From Geobacteraceae bacterium (GTDB taxonomy: Bacteria > Desulfobacterota > Desulfuromonadia > Geobacterales > Pseudopelobacteraceae), in the NCBI GenBank assembly GCA_025355965.1, contig JANXYR010000075.1, positions 6,712-70,711 on the forward strand: a stretch of DNA of 64,000 nt, given 5' to 3'. Below the pieces are notes generated by a model. That model ran no database searches. It worked only from the letters and a program-made list of their open reading frames with translations, and was not told the DNA's origin. A program made the translations under genes and the position numbers. This document shows positions 27,462 through 37,169 of the stretch, in pieces (position 1 is the stretch's first letter; each line of letters begins with the position of its first letter).

Positions 27462-28334
27462 CTACGGCAGTAACCCCTCAACGAGATCCAGTACAACTTC
27501 GGCCCTGTTAAGAGTATAAATGTGCACTCCCGGAACGCCAGATGCCAAAAGCTCCTGGGCCTGGCGCCGGGCATGGGCAATGCCGACTTTTTGAACCGCT
27601 GCTGCACCGCCTTCCTGATCTGCTTTTTCCAGTTCAGCAAGAAACTCCGCCGGAATAGATGCCCCGCACAGAGATACGATTCTTTTGATGACCTTCAGGC
27701 TGACTACCGGCAGGATGCCTGGAATTATAGGCTTGGTAATTCCCGCTTCACGCGCCCGCTTCACAAAGGCGTGGTACAGGCTGTTGTCGAAGAACAGCTG
27801 TGTTATGGCAAAGTCCGCTCCACTGTCCAATTTCAGTTTCAAAAAAGAGAGATCAGCCTCAAGGCTCGCCGCCTCCGGGTGTACCTCGGGGTATCCTGCG
27901 ACACTTATACCCATGGCGGGGAACGAAGTCTGAATCAGGCTGACCAGATCGGAAGCATACTGCAGAGGGTAAGGAAGTGGAGTCTCTATTGAACCATCTT
28001 GAGGAATGTCACCGCGTAGCGACAGTACGTTATTTACGCCGGCAGCAGCAAGATCAGCAAGAAAACGGGTAACATCTTCTGTTTCAGAGCCGAGGCACGT
28101 CAGATGTGCCATTGTTTCAATTCCGTACTCCTGTTGAATCCTGGTAACAATTTCAAGTGTATCTACATTAGTACTTCCACCTGCACCATACGTAACAGAG
28201 GCAAAGAGCGGCTTTAACTGAGAAAGTCGCTGTACGGTCTGAAAAAAAGCGGGCCAGTCTTCGCGTTTTTTCGGTGGGAAAAATTCGAGTGAGATGAATT
28301 GTTTATTCTGGTTGATCGAGTCGATGATTTTCAT
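27462..28334 (-). CDS. metF: 5,10-methylenetetrahydrofolate reductase
   Basis: ISLEFFPPKK, SVTYGAGGST and METMAHLTC are MetF signatures. 290 aa. Confidence 0.9.
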   Translation of the reverse strand: MKIIDSINQNKQFISLEFFPPKKREDWPAFFQTVQRLSQLKPLFASVTYGAGGSTNVDTLEIVTRIQQEYGIETMAHLTCLGSETEDVTRFLADLAAAGVNNVLSLRGDIPQDGSIETPLPYPLQYASDLVSLIQTSFPAMGISVAGYPEVHPEAASLEADLSFLKLKLDSGADFAITQLFFDNSLYHAFVKRAREAGITKPIIPGILPVVSLKVIKRIVSLCGASIPAEFLAELEKADQEGGAAAVQKVGIAHARRQAQELLASGVPGVHIYTLNRAEVVLDLVEGLLP

Positions 28335-28528
28335 AATTCTCCACTATCATGTTCTGGACACTCTAAGTATAAGCACTCCTTTTTATATAAAATTGAAAGC
28401 AAATAGCAATAGAAGATTAATCTCCCGATTTTTGATTTGACAGCAAACAACCTGATGACGTATACAGTTACCCCGTTTTTTATGTTTTTTACCAGCTAGT
28501 TAGCAAAAATATTACAGATAAGTGAGAT

Positions 28529-29428
28529 ATGAAATCTATGTTTAATTTAAAGCCTGATGTTGTTGCTCGACTCGAACGTGTACTGAGTTCTGTTGAAATG
28601 TTGCTCCCCAAAGCTTGTGCTCCCATTGATTGGGAACAGTGTCCCGCTGCCAACTGGCGTCGTCACTCGTTCTCCGGGTATCTTGAGCCGGTTCGGGTGA
28701 CCGATACAACCACTCTCACGGAGCTTCTTGGGGTGGAAGAACAAAAAGAGGTCATGATTAACAATACTCGCCAGTTTCTTTCCGGACTGCCGGCGAATAA
28801 CGCCCTGTTGTGGGGGTCGCGTGGCTCCGGCAAGTCATCACTGGTAAAAGCGCTGCTGAATGAATTTGCCCCGCAAGGGTTACGATTTATCCAGGTTGAA
28901 AAGGAAGACCTGATCTATCTCTCAGAAATATTCACCGCCGTTGAGAACCAGCCGTACCGGTTTATCCTGCTCTGCGATGACCTGACATTTGAAGTCGGCG
29001 AACTTAGTTACAAAATGCTTAAAAGTGCTCTTGATGGCTCGGTTTATTCGGCTCCGGAAAATGTCCTTATTTATGTAACGTCCAATCGTCGTCATCTTCT
29101 GCCGGAATATGAATCAGATCATTTGGGAGGCAAATTTGTAAAAGGCGAGCTTCAACAGAGCGAAGCTATGGAGGAAAAAGTTTCTCTTTCCGATCGTTTC
29201 GGCATCTGGGTCGCTTTCTATGCATTTTCTCAGGATCGCTATCTCGATGCGGTACGCCTGAATGTGGAAAAAGAGTCCAGTCTACGCAATGTAAAGATTC
29301 CATGGAACAGCGACATTGAGCGTGACGCAATCCAGTGGTCACATGACAAAAGCAAGCGCTGCGGCCGGACCGCCTTCCAATTTGCCAAAAACTGGGTTGG
29401 CCGGTATCTGCTTATTTCCAAGCCCTGA
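28529..29428 (+). CDS. DUF815-type AAA/P-loop ATPase
   Basis: Walker A GSRGSGKSS. Overall layout (LLWGSRGSGKSSLVKALL...ILLCDDL) is typical of DUF815 proteins. Confidence 0.75.
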   Translation: MKSMFNLKPDVVARLERVLSSVEMLLPKACAPIDWEQCPAANWRRHSFSGYLEPVRVTDTTTLTELLGVEEQKEVMINNTRQFLSGLPANNALLWGSRGSGKSSLVKALLNEFAPQGLRFIQVEKEDLIYLSEIFTAVENQPYRFILLCDDLTFEVGELSYKMLKSALDGSVYSAPENVLIYVTSNRRHLLPEYESDHLGGKFVKGELQQSEAMEEKVSLSDRFGIWVAFYAFSQDRYLDAVRLNVEKESSLRNVKIPWNSDIERDAIQWSHDKSKRCGRTAFQFAKNWVGRYLLISKP

Positions 29429-29476
29429 TAAATTGGATTAAATTTTTTACTTGCCTTTTTTATTCACCCTCTTTAT

Positions 29477-29495
29477 ATTGAATTTCATGTTCAAT
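29477..29495. promoter_or_regulatory. 19-bp palindrome upstream of fur (candidate operator)
   Basis: ATTGAA-tttcatg-TTCAAT, ending 12 nt before the fur ATG. AT-rich dyad of Fur-family operator size but not a canonical GATAATGATAATCATTATC box. Confidence 0.35.
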
Positions 29496-29506
29496 AAGGA
29501 GGGCGA

Positions 29507-29938
29507 ATGATTCTCGAAAAGAAAAAGATGTTTAATGACTTTGCGACGTCCAAAGGCCTTCGCTCAACCCGTCAGCGTGATATCATCCTCGATATATTCC
29601 TATCCACCCACCAACATGTCAGCGTCGAAGAACTTTACCTCAAAATCAAGTCCAGCAATCTTGGCATTGGCCACGCCACAGTCTATCGTACGCTCAAGCT
29701 TTTCACAGAAGCTGGTCTGGCGCGTGAAATTCTGCTGCATGATGGCCAGACACGCTATGAGCATGTTGTGAAGGGTGAGCATCATGACCATCTTGTTTGC
29801 ACCGGCTGCAACTCCATCATCGAATTCGAAGATGCAACCATCGAAAAGTTGCAGGACGAAATTGCTGCCCGGCACGGATTCTTGATTAAAAGTCACAAAA
29901 TGGAAATATACGGCCTCTGCGCTAACTGCAGGAGCTAG
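29507..29938 (+). CDS. fur: Fur-family metal-uptake transcriptional regulator
   Basis: RSTRQRDIILDIF, ATVYRTLKLF, HHDHLVCTGC and CANC. Strong RBS AAGGAGG. Confidence 0.9.
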   Translation: MILEKKKMFNDFATSKGLRSTRQRDIILDIFLSTHQHVSVEELYLKIKSSNLGIGHATVYRTLKLFTEAGLAREILLHDGQTRYEHVVKGEHHDHLVCTGCNSIIEFEDATIEKLQDEIAARHGFLIKSHKMEIYGLCANCRS

Positions 29939-29954
29939 ATTATCCCTCACCCCG

Positions 29955-29986
29955 TCCCTCTCCAAGCGGGAGAGGGAGTTTTTTTT
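29955..29986 (+). terminator. fur rho-independent terminator built from a REP-like element
   Basis: TCCCTCTCC (29955-29963) / GGAGAGGGA (29969-29977), then G + T8. It is preceded by CCCTCACCCCG (29944-29954). Confidence 0.75.
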
Positions 29987-30035
29987 AACTGATAACTGAA
30001 AATGAATATCAAAAGCATAATAAGGAATTACGAAT

Positions 30036-32021
30036 ATGGCTACATGCTGCAGCAAACAGTCGGAAATAATTATTAGCGGGGACGCAAAAAAAGTAGCCCT
30101 TGTGGGCAACCCCAATGTCGGCAAGAGTGTTCTGTTCAACGCCCTGACCGGTGCTTACGTGACCGTGTCAAATTATCCCGGCACCTCGGTGGAGGTTGCG
30201 CGGGGGAGCGCTTCAATCAACGGGCAGCAGTGGGAGGTGATCGACACTCCCGGCATGTACTCGATACACACCATCACGGAAGAGGAGCGGGTAGCCCGTG
30301 AGATCTTGCTGCACGAGACTCCGGATGTGGTGATTCATGTGCTGGACGCGCGCAACCTGGAGCGGATGCTGGCGATGACTATCCAGCTGATCGAGGCCGG
30401 TCTGCCGGTAATCCTGGTCGTCAACATCATGGATGAGGCTGAACGGATGGGGCTCACCATCGATCTTGAACTGCTGCAGCAGAAGCTCGGTATCCCGGTG
30501 ATCGGGGCGGCTACCGCGCGTAAGCGAGGCATTGAAGAGATCCGTTTGGCAATGAATGGTTATCGCTGCGCATGCGAGCAGCAGCGCTTTGAATACAGCC
30601 GCCTGCTGGAACGCGACATTAAAGAAGTTGCCTGTCTGATGCAGGGAGAATATATCCTCTCCCGTCGCGCTCTTGCCCTGTTGCTGTTGCAGCAGGATGA
30701 AGAGATCACCGAAATGGTCCGCCACCGCGAGGGTGACGGCTATGCACCACTTGCCGAGAAGGTACGGGAGATTGCCTTTGACCGCCGCGAATCGTTCCAC
30801 CTTGATCTGTCGCTGGAGCGCAGCGAAATGGGACGCCGGATCGTGAACGGCGTATTCACTGCACCGGAAAAACGGGTGGTGACTGTGGCCGAGCGGTTGT
30901 CGCGTCTGTCTGTGCAACCATTAACGGGCATTCCGATGCTGCTGATTGTGCTCTATTTCGGGCTTTACCAATTCGTTGGGGTCTTCGGTGCCGGCACTGT
31001 AGTGGATTTTTTGGAGAAACAAATCTTTGTCGAGATCTTTAATCCATGGATAACCGCTACTGTCAGAGCGCTGATTCCATGGGAGATTATCCAGGAGCTG
31101 TTCGTCGGTGAATACGGCATCATCACCCTCGGTATCCGTTATGCGGTCGGCATTATTTTGCCGATTGTGGCAACTTTCTTCATCTTCTTTTCCTTTTTGG
31201 AGGATACCGGATACTTCCCACGTCTGGCGTTGCTGGTTGACCGCATCTTCAAACACTTCGGCTTGACCGGCCGTGCGGTGATTCCGATGGTGCTCGGTTT
31301 CGGTTGCGATACCATGGCCACAATGGTTACCCGTACCCTGGAGACGACCCGTGAGCGGGTTATCGCCACTATTCTCCTCTCCTTGACGATCCCCTGTTCA
31401 GCCCAGCTCGGGGTGATCATGTCGCTCCTCTCCAAGTTTCCCGGCGCATTGGCGGTTTGGGGCGGTTGTCTGCTGCTGCTGTTCGTTGTAGTCGGGATGC
31501 TCTCGGCTAAAATCCTGCCGGGCGAGGCGCCTATGTTCTACATGGAACTCCCCCCGATGCGTTTGCCCCAGCTCGGCAACGTGGTCACCAAGACCTATAC
31601 CCGCATGCAGTGGTACTTTATGGAGATTTTGCCGCTGTTCGTACTGGCTTCAATACTGCTCTGGCTGGGCAAGATTACCGGTTTCTTCGAGACGATGATC
31701 AACGCAATGACCCCGGTGATGGCCTCCATTGGCTTGCCGAAAGAGACAGCAGTGGCCTTCATTTTCGGTTTCTTCCGCCGTGATTACGGCGCTGCCGGTT
31801 TGTACGAATTGCAGACCAAGGGTTTGATGGATGCCCGCCAGCTGACGGTGGCTGCTGTGACCTTGACTCTCTTCATCCCATGTGTGGCCCAGTTCCTGAT
31901 CATGAAGAAAGAGCGGGGGTGGAAGGTGGCTGGTGCTATCGGCGTCTTCGTCAGTCTGTTTGCCTTCGGCAGTGGCTATCTCCTTAATAAGGCGCTGCTC
32001 GTAACCGGATTATTGTCATGA
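30036..32021 (+). CDS. feoB: Ferrous iron transporter FeoB
   Basis: N-terminal G-domain VALVGNPNVGKSVLFNALTG and DTPGMYS, followed by a polytopic membrane domain. 661 aa. Confidence 0.95.
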   Translation: MATCCSKQSEIIISGDAKKVALVGNPNVGKSVLFNALTGAYVTVSNYPGTSVEVARGSASINGQQWEVIDTPGMYSIHTITEEERVAREILLHETPDVVIHVLDARNLERMLAMTIQLIEAGLPVILVVNIMDEAERMGLTIDLELLQQKLGIPVIGAATARKRGIEEIRLAMNGYRCACEQQRFEYSRLLERDIKEVACLMQGEYILSRRALALLLLQQDEEITEMVRHREGDGYAPLAEKVREIAFDRRESFHLDLSLERSEMGRRIVNGVFTAPEKRVVTVAERLSRLSVQPLTGIPMLLIVLYFGLYQFVGVFGAGTVVDFLEKQIFVEIFNPWITATVRALIPWEIIQELFVGEYGIITLGIRYAVGIILPIVATFFIFFSFLEDTGYFPRLALLVDRIFKHFGLTGRAVIPMVLGFGCDTMATMVTRTLETTRERVIATILLSLTIPCSAQLGVIMSLLSKFPGALAVWGGCLLLLFVVVGMLSAKILPGEAPMFYMELPPMRLPQLGNVVTKTYTRMQWYFMEILPLFVLASILLWLGKITGFFETMINAMTPVMASIGLPKETAVAFIFGFFRRDYGAAGLYELQTKGLMDARQLTVAAVTLTLFIPCVAQFLIMKKERGWKVAGAIGVFVSLFAFGSGYLLNKALLVTGLLS

Positions 32022-32209
32022 TTTGCGGTTTCTGCGGATTCGAATTTGAAGAAGAAAACGGCAAGAAAGGGTGCGGTGGCTGTCCTGGCGGCTGCCACAA
32101 TGTCCACTGTCCACGCTGCAATTACAAAAACCCGCTGGAGTCCGGTGTGGTCAAAAAACTTAGAACGATCTTCGGAAATACAAATACAGGTAAGGGAGGT
32201 AAACAATGA
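32018..32209 (+). CDS. Small Cys-rich (zinc-ribbon-like) protein coupled to feoB
   Basis: 63 aa, MICGFCGFEF...GCGGCPGGCHNVHCPRC, with 7 Cys and 2 His in the first 34 residues. ATGA overlaps at both ends, with feoB and with the DtxR/FeoA gene. Confidence 0.6.
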   Translation: MICGFCGFEFEEENGKKGCGGCPGGCHNVHCPRCNYKNPLESGVVKKLRTIFGNTNTGKGGKQ

Positions 32210-32850
32210 AACTTTCGGAAAAAGCAGAAGAGATACTTGAGGCACTGTGGGTTGCAGTTGAAGAGGGTGGGGCGGCTTTTCTCGATCCGGAGAAGATGGG
32301 ATTTCCTGCTGATGACCCCGCCTATCTGGAACTGACCGGCTATGCCATGATCGAGATTCGTCAGGGGATGATCTACTTCCGTCCCGAAGGGATCAATGAG
32401 GGGAAAATGACCATCCGCCGCCATCGTTTGGCAGAGCGCCTGATGATGGATGTGCTCAATATCCGTGGTGACGATGGTGAATTCAAGGCATGTCAGTTCG
32501 AACATCTGCTCAACGAAGGTGCCGACGTCAAGGTCTGTACCATGCTTAACCACCCGACGACCTGTCCCCACGGCAAGCCGATTCCGCCAGGTGAATGTTG
32601 TCACCAGGCGAGGGCAGACGGAGATTTGGGAGTCGTGCCACTTACCGAATTTAAATCAGGTCAGGAGGGGGAGATCGCCTATATCCAGACCGAAGACAAC
32701 AAAAAGATGCAGAAGTTGATGGCGATGGGCGTTCTACCAGGCAACAAGATTGTTCTGGTGCAGGCGTACCCGTCCTACATATTCCGGGTCGGCTATTCGG
32801 AATTTGCTATCGATACCAATCTGGCTAAAGAGATTTTTGTACGGAAATAG
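32206..32850 (+). CDS. DtxR-family metal-dependent regulator-like protein with C-terminal FeoA (SH3-like) domain
   Basis: RRHRLAERLMMDVL and HPTTCPHGKPIP are DtxR dimerisation/metal-site style. C-terminal GEIAYIQ...MGVLPGNKIVLVQ is FeoA style. RBS AAGGGAGG. Confidence 0.8.
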   Translation: MKLSEKAEEILEALWVAVEEGGAAFLDPEKMGFPADDPAYLELTGYAMIEIRQGMIYFRPEGINEGKMTIRRHRLAERLMMDVLNIRGDDGEFKACQFEHLLNEGADVKVCTMLNHPTTCPHGKPIPPGECCHQARADGDLGVVPLTEFKSGQEGEIAYIQTEDNKKMQKLMAMGVLPGNKIVLVQAYPSYIFRVGYSEFAIDTNLAKEIFVRK

Positions 32851-33143
32851 ACGAAGTATTTTGCCTTATGGCGTTACCATTAATAATAAACAGACCTGTC
32901 CATCAATGTTGGCGATGAGTCGTTCGAGAAGGTTATTTAGTCTCTTGCGACTCCAGCCTTTTGCCGGTCAGGAATAACCCCCCTTTATTTTCCTTTTTTC
33001 AAAGGCGTTAGCTACTTATTTGCCAGAATTTCGGCTCTACTAATTATTGCCCCACCTTCCTTCACAAATAAAAAAAATCAGATATACTTAACCGGAGATA
33101 GTTTTATTTAGCGGTCCAATCTGTACACCAGGGGAGGCACAAT

Positions 33144-33614
33144 ATGATTATATTCCAGGTAAACGGCAAGGAACGGCGGGTGGACGTCAGTCCCGATACG
33201 CCGCTGTTGTGGGTGCTGCGGGAGAATCTGGGACTTTCCGGCAGCAAATTTGGCTGTGGTGAGGGGCTGTGCGGCGCCTGCACGGTTCATATCGATGGTA
33301 TTCCCGAGCGCTCCTGCGTTACTCCGGTGGGTGACGTGCAGGGGAAGAAGGTGGTCACAATCGAGGGCATTCCGGAGAACCATCCGGTGAAGAAGGCGTG
33401 GCTTGTCCAGGAGGTGTCACAGTGCGGCTACTGTCAGCCGGGGCAGATTATGTCTGCCGTGGCGCTGCTGAAGAAGAAGCCGAAACCCAACGACGCCGAT
33501 ATCGACAGCGCCATGAGCGGCAATCTATGCCGTTGCGGCACCTATGGCCGTATTCGTCGGGCCATCCATGCCGCTGGCGGCAATGCTGCGGTGAAGGGAG
33601 GGGACAAATCATGA
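33144..33614 (+). CDS. (2Fe-2S)-binding small subunit of an IorA/aldehyde-oxidoreductase-type molybdoenzyme
   Basis: [12 protein letters not shown] and [12 protein letters not shown]...GNLCRCGTY, the two [2Fe-2S] motifs of the xanthine-dehydrogenase family. Confidence 0.9.
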   Translation: MIIFQVNGKERRVDVSPDTPLLWVLRENLGLSGSKFGCGEGLCGACTVHIDGIPERSCVTPVGDVQGKKVVTIEGIPENHPVKKAWLVQEVSQCGYCQPGQIMSAVALLKKKPKPNDADIDSAMSGNLCRCGTYGRIRRAIHAAGGNAAVKGGDKS

Positions 33615-35782
33615 GCGAAGTAACCAGAATGAGCCGGAGACAGTTCATGAAGACCAGCGCCCTCGCCGGAGGCGGGCTGCTGCTGGCATGCCATCTTCCT
33701 TTCGGTATTCTCGATGCGGCTGCAACCGGTGAGGCTGGTTTTGCCCCCAATGCTTTTTTGCGCATCGGCCCCGATGAGTCGGTGACGGTCATTGTCAATA
33801 AATCAGAGATGGGGCAGGGAGTTTATACATCGCTGCCGATGCTGCTGGCCGAAGAGCTCTGCTGCGACTGGAAGCGTGTTACCTTTCAGGCGTCGCCGGT
33901 AGCTCCGGAATACAATCATACCCAGTTCGGGCCGATCATGGTCACCGGTGGCAGTACCAGTGTCCGTTCCGAATGGGAGCGACTGTCGTTGGCCGGGGCG
34001 GCGGCACGTGAGATGCTGGTCGCGGCGGCGGCGCAAGAGTGGAATGTAGATCCGGGCAGTTGCCGCGCCAAAAACGGCAACGTGTTTGGCCCCGGAGGCA
34101 AACAGCTCAGCTTCGGCAAGCTTGCTGCCAAAGCCGCAAAAATGCGGTTACCCAAGAATCCGCAGTTGAAGTCCGGCGCGAAAATCCTGCTCGGCAAACC
34201 GCTTCATCGGCTGGACAGCCCGACCAAGATCAACGGAACAGCGGTCTTCGGTATCGATGTCACCGCACCCGGCATGCTGACTGCTGTTATCACCCGTCCA
34301 CCGGTTTTTGGCGGTAAGGTCAAAAGCTTTGATGCCGTGAAGGCGCTGGCTGTTCCGGGGGTAAAGCAGGTGGTGGCGGTCGATGCCGGTGTCGCGGTGG
34401 TAGCTGACGGCTTCTGGCCGGCCCAAAAAGGGCGCGAGCTGTTGGAGATTGTCTGGGATGAAGGGGAGGGGGCAACTGTTTCGACTCCTGCCATGCGTGA
34501 GGAATATGCGCGACTGTCAGCTACTCCCGGCATGGTGGCCCGCAAGGATGGTGATGCGGCGGCGGTGCTATCACAGGCGAAACAGCGCTTCGAAGTTGAA
34601 TATGAGGTACCGTATCTGGCTCATGCCACAATGGAACCGCTCAACTGTTTTGTGGATTTGAAACAAGAGAGCTGCCAGGTCAGGACCGGCAGCCAGTTTC
34701 AGACGGTGGACCGCAATGCTGCGGCCCGTGTGGTCGGACTGAAGCCTGAACAGGTTATCCTTGAAACGACTTTTCTGGGGGGCGGCTTCGGTCGCCGGGC
34801 CTGCACCGGCTCCGATTTCGTCATTGAAGCTTCCCAGGTGGCCAAAGCAGTCAGGCAGCCGGTCAAGGTGATCCGCAGCCGTGAAGACGACATGCGAGCC
34901 GGCTATTATCGCCCCATGTGGTATGACCGGATTGCGGCCTGCCTTGACGACAAGGGGATGCCGCTGGCCTGGCACCACCGTATCGTTGGACAGTCGATCA
35001 TCGCCGGAACTCCTTTTGAGTCGGGCATGGTCAAGGGCGGAATCGACGATACCTCAGTCGAGGGTGCTGCCAATACCCCTTATGCCATCCCCAACCTGCA
35101 GGTGGAGTTGCATAGCCCGAGGAATCCTGTTCCGGTCCTCTGGTGGCGCTCTGTCGGGCATTCCCACACTGCCTTTGTGATGGAAAGCTTTCTGGATGAG
35201 TTGGCCCATGCCGCCGGAAAAGATCCGTATCAGTACCGCCGAAAGTTGCTGGCCAAACATCCGCGTACTTTAAAGGTTCTGGAGACCGCCGCGAAGAAGG
35301 CGGGGTGGGGGAAACCGCTTCCGGCCGGGCACGGAATGGGCATTGCCGTACACGAATCTTTCGGGAGTTTTATCGCCCAGGTGGCGCAAGTGTCGCTGGA
35401 TGCCAAGGGCAACATTAAGGTGCACCGGGTAGTCTGTGCCGTCGATTGCGGCCGTATCGTCAACCCGGACACGATCAAGGCCCAGATGGAATCCGGGATT
35501 ACATTCGGTCTTTCGGCAGCCCTCTACGGCGCTATCACTCTCAAGAACGGACGGGTGGAGCAGGGTAATTTCGACACGTATCCACTGGTGCGGATGCAGT
35601 CGATGCCGCCAGTTGAAGTGCACATCATCGCCAGTAGCGAACCTCCGGGGGGCGTGGGTGAACCGGGTGTGCCCCCTATTGCTCCGGCGGTTGCCAATGC
35701 GCTGTTTGCCGCCACCGGCGCACGGCTGCGCTCATTGCCGATGACTGCTGATAAAATCAAATCAGCATTGAACAAGGGGTGA
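33611..35782 (+). CDS. Molybdopterin-binding large subunit (IorB-like) with Tat signal
   Basis: Start moved to ATG 33611 (ATGA overlap with the small subunit). N-terminus [26 protein letters not shown] is a twin-arginine signal. The ORF-track start at 33398 overlaps the previous gene out of frame. Confidence 0.9.
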   Translation: MSEVTRMSRRQFMKTSALAGGGLLLACHLPFGILDAAATGEAGFAPNAFLRIGPDESVTVIVNKSEMGQGVYTSLPMLLAEELCCDWKRVTFQASPVAPEYNHTQFGPIMVTGGSTSVRSEWERLSLAGAAAREMLVAAAAQEWNVDPGSCRAKNGNVFGPGGKQLSFGKLAAKAAKMRLPKNPQLKSGAKILLGKPLHRLDSPTKINGTAVFGIDVTAPGMLTAVITRPPVFGGKVKSFDAVKALAVPGVKQVVAVDAGVAVVADGFWPAQKGRELLEIVWDEGEGATVSTPAMREEYARLSATPGMVARKDGDAAAVLSQAKQRFEVEYEVPYLAHATMEPLNCFVDLKQESCQVRTGSQFQTVDRNAAARVVGLKPEQVILETTFLGGGFGRRACTGSDFVIEASQVAKAVRQPVKVIRSREDDMRAGYYRPMWYDRIAACLDDKGMPLAWHHRIVGQSIIAGTPFESGMVKGGIDDTSVEGAANTPYAIPNLQVELHSPRNPVPVLWWRSVGHSHTAFVMESFLDELAHAAGKDPYQYRRKLLAKHPRTLKVLETAAKKAGWGKPLPAGHGMGIAVHESFGSFIAQVAQVSLDAKGNIKVHRVVCAVDCGRIVNPDTIKAQMESGITFGLSAALYGAITLKNGRVEQGNFDTYPLVRMQSMPPVEVHIIASSEPPGGVGEPGVPPIAPAVANALFAATGARLRSLPMTADKIKSALNKG

Positions 35783-35786
35783 TACA

Positions 35787-36554
35787 TTGATCGATCTTGA
35801 ACTGTATGAAGAGATGCTGCGCCTGTCACGGCTGGGTGAACCGTTTGCACTGGCAACTGTAGTTGCAAATGATGGTTCGTCACCCCGCAAGCAGGGGGCC
35901 AAGATGTTGGTGCGGTGCGACGGCAGCAGCATCGGCAGCGTGGGGGGCGGTAAAATCGAGCAGGAGACCATCGAGGCCGCCCGGGTTGCCCTGGCCGATA
36001 ACAAAATATATACGCTTGAGTTCGTACTGACTGAGGAGTACGGCTATGCGTGCGGCGGCAGCATGTCCATCTTTGTAGAGCCTCAGGGGCGGCGTCCTCT
36101 GTTGGCCATGTTCGGTGCCGGACATGTGGGGCGGGCAGTGACTGCGCTGGCCCATAGCTGCGGTTTTCGTGTCGTGGTCGTGGATGAACGCCAAGATTGT
36201 GCACTCCCTGCCCTGCTACCCGGTGCGGACGAGATTATCTGTGCTACGGCGGCAGATGCCTTCGGTAAACTGAGACTTGGCCCGGAGAGCTTTGCCGTAA
36301 TTGCCACGCCGGGACACTTGTATGACTTTGCCGCAGTTAGGGGCTGCCTGGCCACCGAAGCCGGTTTTATCGGTCTGCTCGGGAGCAGACGCAAACGGGA
36401 GACGCTTCTCAAAACCCTGGAAGAGGAGGGTTTTGATGCTGCAGAGCGAGCACGGGTGGTCACACCGGTGGGGCTTGATATCGGAGCCCAGACTCCGGAA
36501 GAACTCGCAGTCAGTATCGTTGGCCAGTTGATCGCCGTCAGGAGGGGAAAGTGA
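35787..36554 (+). CDS. XdhC-family molybdoenzyme maturation factor
   Basis: TTG start. LATVVANDGSSPRKQGAKMLV and MFGAGHVGRAV (Rossmann-like) are typical XdhC/CoxI features. Confidence 0.85.
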   Translation: MIDLELYEEMLRLSRLGEPFALATVVANDGSSPRKQGAKMLVRCDGSSIGSVGGGKIEQETIEAARVALADNKIYTLEFVLTEEYGYACGGSMSIFVEPQGRRPLLAMFGAGHVGRAVTALAHSCGFRVVVVDERQDCALPALLPGADEIICATAADAFGKLRLGPESFAVIATPGHLYDFAAVRGCLATEAGFIGLLGSRRKRETLLKTLEEEGFDAAERARVVTPVGLDIGAQTPEELAVSIVGQLIAVRRGK

Positions 36555-37150
36555 ACGCTAGTGTGGTTGCCATTCTTCTGGCAGCCGGAAAATCGCGGCG
36601 CATGGGAAGTTGTAAACAGCTGCTGCCGTTGGGTGGGAGCACAGTGATCGCCCGCTGCCTCGAAGTACTTGTCGCAGGCGGGGTTGGCGAGATTGTGGTA
36701 GTCGTAGCGGAAGCTGGGAATAATGTGGCTGCGGCAGTTCAGGATTATTTAGTCAAGATAGTAGTCAATCTGGAACACGAGGGGGATATGGCCTCATCGG
36801 TGCGAGCTGGTCGTGATGCAGTGACGACAGATACGAGTGGCGTGATCGTTGCGCTCTGCGATTATCCGCTGGTTTACCCGGCAACCATCAAGAGCCTGAT
36901 TTTGGCGCATGGAGAGTCACCAGGCAGCATCCTCATCCCGTGCCACCTGGAACGGCGCGGGCACCCGCTCCTTTTTTCCCGGTCAATTCTGGACGAACTG
37001 ACCCCTGATGCGACCCTTCGGGATCTTGTTCGGCGCGACCCTGATCGGATTCGCTGTCTCAATGTGGACGATCCGGGGGTGCTGCTCGATATGGACACGC
37101 CGGAAGATTACCGTCGCATCTGCTGCATTATGAATCAAAATCCGAGTTAA
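36551..37150 (+). CDS. MobA-like nucleotidyltransferase (MocA-type Moco cytidylyltransferase candidate)
   Basis: GTG start overlapping the XdhC stop. AILLAAGKSRRMGSCKQLLPLGG is the NTP-transferase signature. Confidence 0.8.
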   Translation: MNASVVAILLAAGKSRRMGSCKQLLPLGGSTVIARCLEVLVAGGVGEIVVVVAEAGNNVAAAVQDYLVKIVVNLEHEGDMASSVRAGRDAVTTDTSGVIVALCDYPLVYPATIKSLILAHGESPGSILIPCHLERRGHPLLFSRSILDELTPDATLRDLVRRDPDRIRCLNVDDPGVLLDMDTPEDYRRICCIMNQNPS

Positions 37151-37169
37151 TAACGAAAGGAACCAGATC

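Noticed and set aside
29990-30011. Fur box upstream of feoB (TGATAACTGAAAATGAATATCA).
   Set aside because: It matches the 19-bp consensus GATAATGATAATCATTATC at only about 7 positions in the best register. The TGATA/TATCA dyad has a 12-nt spacer instead of the canonical 7-1-7 layout. It is mentioned in the iron-locus finding but not called as a feature.
33398-33610. ORF-track N-terminal extension of the molybdopterin subunit (start 33398).
   Set aside because: It overlaps the 2Fe-2S subunit gene out of frame and gives an Arg-rich nonsense peptide. The ATG at 33611 gives a textbook twin-arginine signal and an ATGA overlap.
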